DNA of 64,000 nt from Bacteroidales bacterium (GTDB lineage Bacteria > Bacteroidota > Bacteroidia > Bacteroidales > UBA932). The stretch covers positions 94,519-158,518 of the forward strand of contig JAFRSW010000011.1 of assembly GCA_017427385.1 (NCBI GenBank), in the 5' to 3' direction. A model generated the notes under the pieces. It did not search any database and was not told the DNA's origin. It saw only the letters and a list, made by a program, of their open reading frames with translations. Position numbers and translations under genes: made by a program. Below, one piece after another: positions 1-8,343 of the stretch (the first letter of the stretch is position 1; each line of letters opens with the position of its first letter).

Positions 1-28
1 AATTTGTCATATTCAACGATTCATAGCC

Positions 29-1462
29 ATGAAAAGATTTATAGTACTACTATTGTTTCTATCTATCTGCGTCCCTTCTTATTGCCAGACATTTACATCA
101 GATATGGGCAAGAGACTGACCTCATGGACTTTTAGTAGTGATAGCAGGCGGGCTCATACTTATGAGATATTGCGTGAGTATTACCCACAAGAGTCTTATT
201 CTTCACTTGAAAAGAGAATAGATAATTTTGCAAATAGCCCCGATGACACACGTAAGGTCCTTCTTGGCATCTATAATATTGGTGGACCGGACTATGGCTA
301 TACTGCCATAAAAGACTATTTTACAAAGCAGCAAATCGATATTATTGACAAAGCCTATATTGCTAATGGAGGCTCTATCAATAAGGAAAGGACAGAAGCA
401 GAAAGAAAAAAACAGAGTGAACTTGCTGCCAAACGTGGAATTACCAAAGATATTGCACGAAGTCTTACAGCATTCTGTTATCAAAATAACAACATCCGAT
501 ACCTTGCTAACGACGTGTTAGTTAGCAAGGGTGTGAGTACTTTTGGATGCTCTCGTATTATTGATACATTCGAAGATAACTTGGACTATGTTGAGGATGT
601 CATCATAGCCATCTATGATAGAGAAGGTGGAATTGACAGAGCATATCATTCCTTACGCCTTTTTTTGAATTCTTCCCAGATACAAGTAACTGATGCTTTG
701 TACGAACAAATTGATTCGCAAAGGAGAGAGGCAAGACAATCAAGAATTGAACCTTTTGTTAACCAGATTTATGAAGGCGAGCCATATATGCTCCCTGAAG
801 CGACTATTGCTGATATAGCCGAGAAGGCCCGTTCTCTAGCTGAACGGCATCTAAAGAAGTACTCCGAGAAGAATTATACACTAATAGTAAAAGACTCTAT
901 CTTTACGTATCGAGGTCATAATGAAGGATATCATAAAGCTAATTTGACGTTGACTCCAGACGTTGGGAGGAATCGTGTTGATCTCTTTTTAGCCATCGAC
1001 GCCATCCCTGTAAAGCCGTTAAGTTTTTACAATAGCGAATTGAATTATACTTGTTATCCGGTATGTCAAGGCTATTACGAGTTTGAATAAACGCGTTCTG
1101 AACAGACATATAATTTTTATGTTGAGCATAAGAGATTGAAGAGTAAAGATGTTGAGGCTGAAAAGGCAAGATTGAAGGCTATGAGAGAGGAGGATCCCGA
1201 ACAATTCAAATCATTAGTGAAAGACAATTCCAGTCATTACGCCAAAGACTGCAGAAGCCAATCTCCGGTTTCATTGTCGGCATCAACACTCCTATTGGGG
1301 GATGAAAATGCATTCCATATAGTTATGGTACCAGTTTCAAATTACCTATATAACTTGAACAAATTTGGCAAGCAAAAAGTCCAAGTGAACCTGGTCACAA
1401 TTAACGGTGAGTTAGAGTATGTTGAGGTAAGTTTGCTCGATAAGAATGCTGTCATTGAATAG
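29..1462 (+). pseudogene. Low-GC secreted hypothetical protein (~477 codons) interrupted by one in-frame TAA at 1088-1090
   Basis: ORFs 29..1090 and 1136..1462 are in the same frame. The 15 codons between them are open (TRSEQTYNFYVEHKR). N-terminal signal peptide MKRFIVLLLFLSICVPSYC. AT-rich relative to the rest of the window. Confidence 0.65.
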
Positions 1463-1477
1463 ATTAACCAGCTGATT

Positions 1478-2527
1478 ATGGAGCAGTTTTACGTTAGCAA
1501 GAACCCTCTTGAAGTAGAGTATTCCCCGTTGCGGGAGCTGCCGTGGCCGGTAAGAATCGACCACGTGTGGCTGGTGACCGGCGTGTTGGCGCCGGATTGC
1601 CTGGCGCTGACGCAAGATCTGATTCCCGGGTTTGCGATGCGCGGTTATCAGCTGCAGAGTTTCCCGCTGGTGCTTGGCCAGCTGAGCGCCGTTGGCCTCA
1701 AATACAATTTCCCCGGGCAGGAACTTGCCCTGGGTGAGGTTAACGAGATTGAATTCCGCAAGACGGTTGCCAATGCCATCGGCCTGGAGATGAACCCGGC
1801 CGCCGGTTATTTCATCCGCAAAGATCCTGACGGCGAGTCCTTCTTCGTGATGGAGATTGTGGAAACCGACTTTCGTCGCTTCATCCTGGCCGCCAGCAAG
1901 TACATCCGCAAGTTGCCGGAGATTGTTGAGGCTCAGGGAATCCGTTTCTCCAAGGTAAGGCACGATAAGGATGAGATTTCGATGCTTGCTGATTCTGCCG
2001 CTGAGCAGGGCCAGTATAATGTTGACCCGGAGGTGGAGAAGCTTGCCAATGAGGTTGAGGCGAAGATTGCCAATCTGATTATGCAGGACTTCCCGGTAGA
2101 GGTTATCGAGACCTGGCTGCAGAAGGCCGTGAAGCTGAGCCGCGTGAAGGTGACGGCCGACTATAGAATCTTCCTGACAGACTACGATAAGGAGATCAAG
2201 ATGCGTCAACTGCCGAAGACGCTGTTCCTCTTCTTCCTCAGGCATCCGAAAGGATGTCGGCTGAAGGACTTGAGTGACCATCGGGACGAACTCCTGGACA
2301 TCTACAGCAAGCTCACCATCAGCGATGACCAGGCGCAGGTGGAAGCCAGCATAGACGCGCTGGTAGATCCACTGGCCAATTCCTTCAGCGAGAAGAGCGC
2401 TGCCATCAAGCTGGCGTTCCTGAAGGAGATTCCTGAACGCGTGGCAAAGAACTACTACATTCAAGGCCCCCAAGGCGGCGTCAAGAGCATCAGCCTGGAT
2501 AGGGCGCTGGTGGACTGGGAGGAGTAA
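1478..2527 (+). CDS. Hypothetical protein with a C-terminal putative winged-helix DNA-binding-like domain
   Basis: 349-aa ORF. The C-terminus (RIFLTDYDKEIKMRQLPKTLFLFFLRHPKG...YYIQGPQGGVKSISLDR) resembles uncharacterised Bacteroidales regulators; this is recognition by eye. Confidence 0.6.
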   Translation: MEQFYVSKNPLEVEYSPLRELPWPVRIDHVWLVTGVLAPDCLALTQDLIPGFAMRGYQLQSFPLVLGQLSAVGLKYNFPGQELALGEVNEIEFRKTVANAIGLEMNPAAGYFIRKDPDGESFFVMEIVETDFRRFILAASKYIRKLPEIVEAQGIRFSKVRHDKDEISMLADSAAEQGQYNVDPEVEKLANEVEAKIANLIMQDFPVEVIETWLQKAVKLSRVKVTADYRIFLTDYDKEIKMRQLPKTLFLFFLRHPKGCRLKDLSDHRDELLDIYSKLTISDDQAQVEASIDALVDPLANSFSEKSAAIKLAFLKEIPERVAKNYYIQGPQGGVKSISLDRALVDWEE

Positions 2528-2596
2528 AAAAGCCCCGGAACCGTTTCGCAAGCGATTCTATCCCTTTGGCCATGGGCGGCTCGATGGGTCGGGGCG
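2526..2596 (-). ncRNA. Candidate small structured RNA (or a long bidirectional terminator)
   Basis: Closing stem GCCCCG(2532-2537)/CGGGGC(2590-2595), followed on the minus strand by a U6 tract. A near-consensus -7 box GACCTTTG lies upstream on the minus strand (2600-2607). Confidence 0.35.
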
Positions 2597-2718
2597 CATC
2601 AAAGGTCTGAACTATTCCTGACATCACGAAATCTATGCAAGGCTTGTATTGATATAGCCTGTTTTTTCGTATCTTTGCGGTAGCGATGGAAGTCAAAGGG
2701 CGTTAATACCTAAACGCT

Positions 2719-3240
2719 ATGAAACGCTTGATGATTTTCTTTCTTTTGATGGCCGTGGCTGCGCTCTCTGCAGCTGGCCAGATTTCTCCAAAGACGGCTG
2801 AACTGGGGTGGCTGGAGCTGCCGTCGTTCAGCGAAGATCCTGAACATTTTTTCGTGAGCCACCATACTGAGGAGTATTGGGGGAAGCAGCGCAATTACTC
2901 TCTGTTCTGGGACCATGAACGGCAGATACCCTTGTGGGTGGCGTATTCGCTCAACCAGAGGCTTATCGGCAAAGGAAAACGCTCCGGAGCCTGGCAGTAT
3001 GACAAGTTCATGGCCACGAAGAAGCAGCCGAATCTGCGGCGGACGTACCAGGCAGGTTCCGTGGAGGGTTACATCCGTGGCCACCTCTGCCCGTCGAATG
3101 ACCGAATGAGGCCCGGAATAGGTCGGATTAAACTTACCGTCGGGATAGTGCGTCGCACACTGGAGAAAGTACAGTATTGTATTACTGCTTTAGAGAGCGA
3201 GTGTGTAAAAAAGAAAAAAGCATCCAAAAAGGATGCTTAG
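2719..3240 (+). pseudogene. Truncated DNA/RNA non-specific endonuclease (NucA/Endonuclease_NS type) with an unrelated C-terminal tail
   Basis: Signal peptide, RNYSLFWD..IPLWVAY and the active-site RGHLCPS..R are present. The downstream N..PQ..N motif is absent in all three forward frames after ~3105. TATCTTTG promoter at 2670-2677. Confidence 0.7.
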
Positions 3241-3348
3241 TTCTGCCCCAGAGATACGCAGTAGATGTCTACCTTTCGGTGGGTCTTCGCGGGTGGGGAC
3301 TTTCGCGCGACTCGAATGACCCGATCTTTAAAGCGGATTACTCTCCAG
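3214..3348 (-). ncRNA. Candidate ~135-nt structured small RNA with its own promoter and terminator
   Basis: Consensus -7 box TACCTTTG (minus strand, 3351-3358). Internal stems GGGTC/GACCC, TCGCG/CGCGA and ACC-GAAA-GGT. Terminator AAGCATCC-N5-GGATGCTT plus U tract at 3214-3238. Confidence 0.5.
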
Positions 3349-3429
3349 CACAAAGGTAAAGCATTTTTTTTAAATAACAACTATTATCACCAAGATTCCT
3401 TCGAAGCGTTCTCTGAGCCTTCAGGCGAA

Positions 3430-3565
3430 CCGCCGGTCCCGGTCTTTGCTGAGCAAAGACATTAGGGATGTAAGGCGGCGGGGTACATTAGGGGCAGAGC
3501 CCCTGATAAACAGGGTCATCCAGACGCAAAAAGCCCCGCTTCCGCGGGGCCTGCGTCTGGATGAC
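3430..3565. repeat. Cluster of GC-rich hairpins (REP/MITE-like) abutting the tRNA-Pro 3' end
   Basis: GTCTTTGC-TGA-GCAAAGAC (3442-3460), AGGGGC-AGA-GCCCCT (3490-3504), CCCTG-ATAAA-CAGGG (3501-3515), and a 14-bp inverted repeat at 3515-3528/3552-3565. Confidence 0.5.
3526..3551 (-). terminator. Intrinsic terminator of tRNA-Pro
   Basis: Minus strand GCCCCGC-GGAA-GCGGGGC-TTTTT directly after the tRNA. Confidence 0.75.
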
Positions 3566-3628
3566 TGGACTTGAACCAGCGACCTCCTGGTCCCTAACCA
3601 GGTGCGCTACCAACTGCGCTACATCCAG
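3556..3628 (-). tRNA. tRNA-Pro with anticodon AGG
   Basis: CTGGATG TA GCGC AGTTGGTA GCGC A CCTGG TTAGGGA CCAGG AGGTC GCTGG TTCAAGT CCAGT CATCCAG A forms a full cloverleaf with the C1:G72 and A73 Pro identity elements. Promoter TATCTTTG on the minus strand at 3641-3648. No encoded CCA. Confidence 0.93.
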
Positions 3629-3704
3629 AATTTGGGATTGCAAAGATAGCAAATATTTTGATAGTTCAATACGAATTATCGGGAATTTTGTATCTTTACG
3701 CGAT

Positions 3705-5132
3705 ATGTTTAAAAGAAGCACCATTTATCTCCTTCTCGCAAGCGCCATTGCATTTGCGGCGATTTCCTGCCAGAAAGAAAAAGAACCCAACGTAAACGAG
3801 CAGGAAACGGAAGAACTCGAAGACCTCGACGATGCCGCTATCCTTAAACTAGTCAAGACCACAACCACCAACACAGCCTACTACAAAGACATTTTCCTTG
3901 ATGGCGGATGCGAGCTGAACCCCGGCATCAAGGAGAACGGAGTGGTCATCAATGGCAAACTCCCCTATGCCCTTGCTAAAACAGGCATAACCAATGCAGA
4001 ATACTTCCTGTCCACGCTCAACGACGTGGGCGACGGCTATACTATTGAAGACAATGCCATCCAGCTACGTCTGATCTCCGGCACGGAAGAAGACAGCAAC
4101 GGCGTGCTTCTATATCCCGACGGAGAACCGCGTTTCCGCATGTTCTATTCCTTCGGCGGTCATTCCGGCCCCCACGGAAAGACCATAGGCATAGGAGGGA
4201 GAGCCAACATCAACAAGTTCTACACCAACGGCGGGTCGTTTGTCGGTTCCTGCGCAGGAGCCTATCTTGCAGGCAAATACGCCAGCGGCAGCGAGTCCTA
4301 CTACTATAATATATGGAAGGATGGCAACATGAAAGGCACCGGTGTCAGCAATTCCAGCATAGACATCGAGATAATCTCCCCCATTTTCAGTTCCTATTAT
4401 GGGCCTGAACACCTTACCATTGTCACCGGAACCCGTCACAACGGCGGCGGATACATGGATGTCAACCGCGCACCCGCGGGAACCGAGATACTGGGGCGCT
4501 TCCTCAATCAGACCGGCAGGATCTCCACTTCCGCAGGGTTCTACAGCCAGCCGGCCATCTGGGCATACAAGGCATCCGATACCAGCGGACGTCTGGTCGT
4601 CACCGGATCCCACCCCGAAGACGCTCCCTCCGGCGACATCCTGAACATGACTGCATCCATGTTCAAATACGCCTGGGACGGCAGCGGTTGCGCCAAGGTG
4701 AAGAATGTGCTCCGCAACGGCGACATGATTCCCATGACCAAGATTACCTCGGACAATCAGCCCGAATACACGGCCATCGGCGACAAGCAGTGTCACCATT
4801 TCGTGATCTATCTCACCAAGGACGTCCCCTCCCTGACCGTTGAACTCAAGGGCTTCGGCGACTATGATCTGGAACTCTATCTCAAGAAAGACGATTTCGC
4901 CTTCCCGGAGAACGAGCCGGATTATTCCGCCAAAGCGGGAGGAAGCCATCAAGTCATAAACACCGGCAAATTGGAGAAAGGTCTCTGGTATGTGACGGTA
5001 CGTTGCGCGACAACCGTTACCGCCACCGAGGTTATTACAGACAAAACAAAAAACCTTGGCAGGTCTTTTGTATATTCCGGCAAGACCGGAGTACTGAACG
5101 GTGTTCCTTATAATATTGTAGCTAATTGGTAG
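3705..5132 (+). CDS. Lipoprotein with a class-I glutamine-amidotransferase-like (BPL_N type) domain and a C-terminal PPC-like domain
   Basis: Lipobox FAAISC. Nucleophile-elbow GGSFVGSCAGAY and SHPE motifs. C-terminal DYDLELYL...GLWYVTV is PPC-like. The real start is ATG 3705, since the longer ORF overlaps the tRNA. Confidence 0.7.
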   Translation: MFKRSTIYLLLASAIAFAAISCQKEKEPNVNEQETEELEDLDDAAILKLVKTTTTNTAYYKDIFLDGGCELNPGIKENGVVINGKLPYALAKTGITNAEYFLSTLNDVGDGYTIEDNAIQLRLISGTEEDSNGVLLYPDGEPRFRMFYSFGGHSGPHGKTIGIGGRANINKFYTNGGSFVGSCAGAYLAGKYASGSESYYYNIWKDGNMKGTGVSNSSIDIEIISPIFSSYYGPEHLTIVTGTRHNGGGYMDVNRAPAGTEILGRFLNQTGRISTSAGFYSQPAIWAYKASDTSGRLVVTGSHPEDAPSGDILNMTASMFKYAWDGSGCAKVKNVLRNGDMIPMTKITSDNQPEYTAIGDKQCHHFVIYLTKDVPSLTVELKGFGDYDLELYLKKDDFAFPENEPDYSAKAGGSHQVINTGKLEKGLWYVTVRCATTVTATEVITDKTKNLGRSFVYSGKTGVLNGVPYNIVANW

Positions 5133-5136
5133 TTTT

Positions 5137-6804
5137 ATGAGAAGATTCTTTATCAGTGTGTGCATGACCATTCTGGCATGCACACTGGCAAACGGTGCAG
5201 ACACTGGCTTTCTTAAAGGAAAAATCCTTAAGATCGACATGCAGGACGTTGTCGCCGAACGCGGCGGCAATTCTTTCCAGATTTCGCTGTCCGGCATCAA
5301 CACCGGATCCTCCGTATCCCTCCTTTCTCTGGAAAGAGCGCTGGAAAAGGCGGCTGAGGACGACAAGATAGCGATGATTTACCTGAACACCGACCATTTC
5401 TCCGCCGGTCTTGCTCCCATGGAAGAAATACGCGAGTACCTGAAGCGTTTCAGTGCCGAAGGCAAGCCTGTGGTAGCCTACGGTGCAGGATTCAGCAATG
5501 CGTCCTATTACATTGCGTCTGTGGCCGACCGTGTGTTCCTTTATCCAAAGGGTAGCGGCACCCTGAATGGCCTGGGTTCCACCCAGTTCTTCCTCAAGGA
5601 TGCACTCGACACCCTCGGAATCGAAGTCCAGCTCATCCGTCACGGAAAGTATAAATCCGCCGGAGAGATGTATATACGCAACGATATCTCCCCCGAGAAC
5701 CGCGAGCAGTACGAGACAATGCTCAACTCCATCTGGGGATGCATGGTGGAAGAGATGGCCGCATCCCGCGGCATCGAAGCAGCAACGCTCAAGGGATGGA
5801 TTGACAATCTGGAGATCAGCACCGCCAATACCTGGCTCGAAAAGGGCCTCATCGACGGCCTCAAGTATCGCGACGAGATGGAAGAATACCTCTGTCATCT
5901 GTTCGGCACGAACAATCCGGAAAAGGTCAAGACCGTCAGCATTAAAGACTATATCAACGACCTTAAGAAAGGCCCGTCCTCCAAGAAGATAGCCGTTATC
6001 TATGCCGACGGCGAGATTACCCGGACCGGCAGCGAAGTGGCCGGAGAAAAGCTCTCCCACCAGATAGCCAAGGTCCGCCAGGATTCCACCGTCAAGGCCG
6101 TAGTCTTCCGCGTCAACTCCCCCGGCGGAGAGGTCGTGGGAGCCGATATGATACGTCGCGAGATCGAGGTCCTGCAGAAGTATAAACCCGTTATCGCCAG
6201 CTACGGCTCCTATGCAGCCTCCGGCGGATATCTGATTTCCGCAGGATGCGAGAAGATCTTCCTGGACAACTCCACCCTCACCGGTTCCATCGGCGTATTC
6301 GGAATGATTCCCAGCTTCGGCAAGGCCATACGCAAGAACCTCAAGGTGAATCCAGTTTCCCTCGGCACCAACGAGCACAGTACGATGGGATCCGGCATGG
6401 CCCCCCTCACCCCCGAGGAAGAAGCCTGGTACCAGCAGGAGATAGAGGGGATCTACGACGACTTCGTGAGCGTGGTCGCTGATGGGCGCAAGGTCACCAA
6501 GGAATATGTGGATTCCATAGCACAGGGCCGCGTCTGGGCAGGTAAGGATGCCCTCCGGATCAAACTCGCGGACGAGAAGGCCACCGTGCTGGAGGCCGTG
6601 CAGTATGCAGCGGAAAGGGCCGGCCTGGGAAACTATCGGATCCAGATGGTCCCCGAAGTAAAATCCATGTTTCAACAAATTATGGACGGGGATTCCAAGA
6701 AGAAGGATGAGCCCCTCGTGAAGGATCTGCTTCACCCCGGCTTCAATGCCATCGCACGTATGCCCTACATCACCATCAACACGCCTAATTCCATATTGAA
6801 ATGA
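5137..6804 (+). CDS. sppA: Signal peptide peptidase SppA (67K type)
   Basis: GKYKSAGE, RVNSPGG, YAASGGY, TGSIGVFG and AQGRVW motifs. Confidence 0.93.
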   Translation: MRRFFISVCMTILACTLANGADTGFLKGKILKIDMQDVVAERGGNSFQISLSGINTGSSVSLLSLERALEKAAEDDKIAMIYLNTDHFSAGLAPMEEIREYLKRFSAEGKPVVAYGAGFSNASYYIASVADRVFLYPKGSGTLNGLGSTQFFLKDALDTLGIEVQLIRHGKYKSAGEMYIRNDISPENREQYETMLNSIWGCMVEEMAASRGIEAATLKGWIDNLEISTANTWLEKGLIDGLKYRDEMEEYLCHLFGTNNPEKVKTVSIKDYINDLKKGPSSKKIAVIYADGEITRTGSEVAGEKLSHQIAKVRQDSTVKAVVFRVNSPGGEVVGADMIRREIEVLQKYKPVIASYGSYAASGGYLISAGCEKIFLDNSTLTGSIGVFGMIPSFGKAIRKNLKVNPVSLGTNEHSTMGSGMAPLTPEEEAWYQQEIEGIYDDFVSVVADGRKVTKEYVDSIAQGRVWAGKDALRIKLADEKATVLEAVQYAAERAGLGNYRIQMVPEVKSMFQQIMDGDSKKKDEPLVKDLLHPGFNAIARMPYITINTPNSILK

Positions 6805-7544
6805 AAAAGACCATCATATTAATATCAGCACTTCTTGTCGCCTCCGCATTTAGCGGGGCGGCACAGACCGACAGCACCAAAACTGCGAAAGACCGCCTGA
6901 GCGAGATCGAGCAGATGACGGTCGACGTCAAGAAGCACAAGTCCACTTCCACCGAGAACGACGTTTTCGAGGTGAACGCACTTGCCCATGCAGGTTTGGG
7001 CAAACTGTATCTACAAGGAGACTCTTTTAGCTCCAAGGATGGCTTTTCCAATGAGTTGTTCCTGAATGTTTTCGACCTTGCCTTCAATCCCGTTCCCGTC
7101 CTTTCGATAAATGCCGGGCTGGATGTCAAATGGAACAGGTTCGTATCCAAGTCCCAGCAATTTTTTATTGTAGACAATACCTTTGTTGCAGGGATGCCGG
7201 GATACACTGCACCGGACGATATCGAATCCCGACTCTGCGGCTTTGCCTTGAGCGTACCTGCCACCATTTCGCTCAATCTTGGTTATACATCGATACGCGT
7301 TGGTGCAGAGGCATCCTACAATATCGACAAGTTCAACAAGGTCAAATCCTTCTATAGCACAGGCGGTTCCAATTACAAGCAGGTTACCAAGGGCGGCGAA
7401 TTCGAGAAGTTCACAATCAGCTATATTGCATCCATCGATTTCGACGGTCTGGGCGCATACTTCAAATACTGCCCGAAATCCATAATTCCGGGCAGCAACA
7501 TTATAAAGTCTTATATGGCTTTTGGAGTAGTCCTGACGATGTAG
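6801..7544 (+). CDS. Putative outer-membrane beta-barrel protein
   Basis: Signal peptide and alternating hydrophobic strands; ends YMAFGVVLTM. Confidence 0.55.
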   Translation: MKKTIILISALLVASAFSGAAQTDSTKTAKDRLSEIEQMTVDVKKHKSTSTENDVFEVNALAHAGLGKLYLQGDSFSSKDGFSNELFLNVFDLAFNPVPVLSINAGLDVKWNRFVSKSQQFFIVDNTFVAGMPGYTAPDDIESRLCGFALSVPATISLNLGYTSIRVGAEASYNIDKFNKVKSFYSTGGSNYKQVTKGGEFEKFTISYIASIDFDGLGAYFKYCPKSIIPGSNIIKSYMAFGVVLTM

Positions 7545-7545
7545 C

Positions 7546-8343
7546 TTACTTGATTTTTATCAGCCCCATCTGAAGTCCCCAGCATCCGTCCGTGATGATG
7601 GGGATTTTCTTTCCACTCGCATCCTTCACATAGATGATGTCGTCTACGAAAGTATGCGTATGACCGCCTATGATCAGGTCCAGTCCTTTGGTTTGGGGCA
7701 CTACTTCCTGGTCGACATCGTAGCCGAGATGGCTCAGGAGGATCACGAAGTTGCACTTATCCTCCTTGCGGAGATGCTCCGTCCACTTGTTGATGGTCTC
7801 CACGTTGTCCAGCTGGCGTATGCGCTGGGCGGTGGGTGCGGCCACCATCGTGGCGATGTCGGACTCCATTCCTATTATACCAATGCGCATGCCCCCGCGT
7901 TCTATCACGGCCGTGGGAGAAACGTACTGCTGAAGGATGTCCGGGAACTCGCAGTTCGCGCACACTATGGGGCATTCTATAACGCTCAGACGCTGTGCCA
8001 GGCTCTCAATACCCTCATCCAGTTCGTGGTTGCCAAGGGTGATGCAATCGTAACCCAGGGCATTCACTATCCTGGGTTCAAGGGACCCGCCGAGTTCGCT
8101 GTAGTAAGACGATCCCTGGTTGAAATCGCCGGCATGCAGCATAAGCACTTTTTCTGCGGGATAAACTGAACGGATGCTGTCTACGAAAGCGGCCCGCTCG
8201 ATAATGCCGCCAAGCCCGTCGCTCTTTCCACCGCGAACGGGATCGAAGTGACTGTGTGTATCGTTGGTATGGATTATCACGAGCCGGGGCTGGCAAGCTA
8301 CGGCCATGAATGCAATTGCTATAGCTAAGACTAATCTTCTCAT
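7546..8343 (-). CDS. 5'-nucleotidase metallophosphoesterase domain protein (lipoprotein)
   Basis: HTNDTHS, AGDF, TLGNHE, LLSHLG and IIGGHTH motifs. Confidence 0.9.
   Translation of the reverse strand: MRRLVLAIAIAFMAVACQPRLVIIHTNDTHSHFDPVRGGKSDGLGGIIERAAFVDSIRSVYPAEKVLMLHAGDFNQGSSYYSELGGSLEPRIVNALGYDCITLGNHELDEGIESLAQRLSVIECPIVCANCEFPDILQQYVSPTAVIERGGMRIGIIGMESDIATMVAAPTAQRIRQLDNVETINKWTEHLRKEDKCNFVILLSHLGYDVDQEVVPQTKGLDLIIGGHTHTFVDDIIYVKDASGKKIPIITDGCWGLQMGLIKIK

Noticed and set aside
1088-1090. Stop-codon reassignment
   Set aside because: TAA, TAG and TGA all terminate conserved genes at the expected positions elsewhere in the window.
3240-3348. Known ribozyme or RNase P fragment (GAAAGTCC)
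   Set aside because: It lacks the hammerhead CUGAUGA core and other ribozyme cores I can recognise, and it is far too short for RNase P RNA. Kept only as an unknown RNA candidate.
3561-3704. N-terminal extension of the 523-aa ORF and the ORF 3488-3724
   Set aside because: They translate through the tRNA-Pro gene; the real start is 3705.
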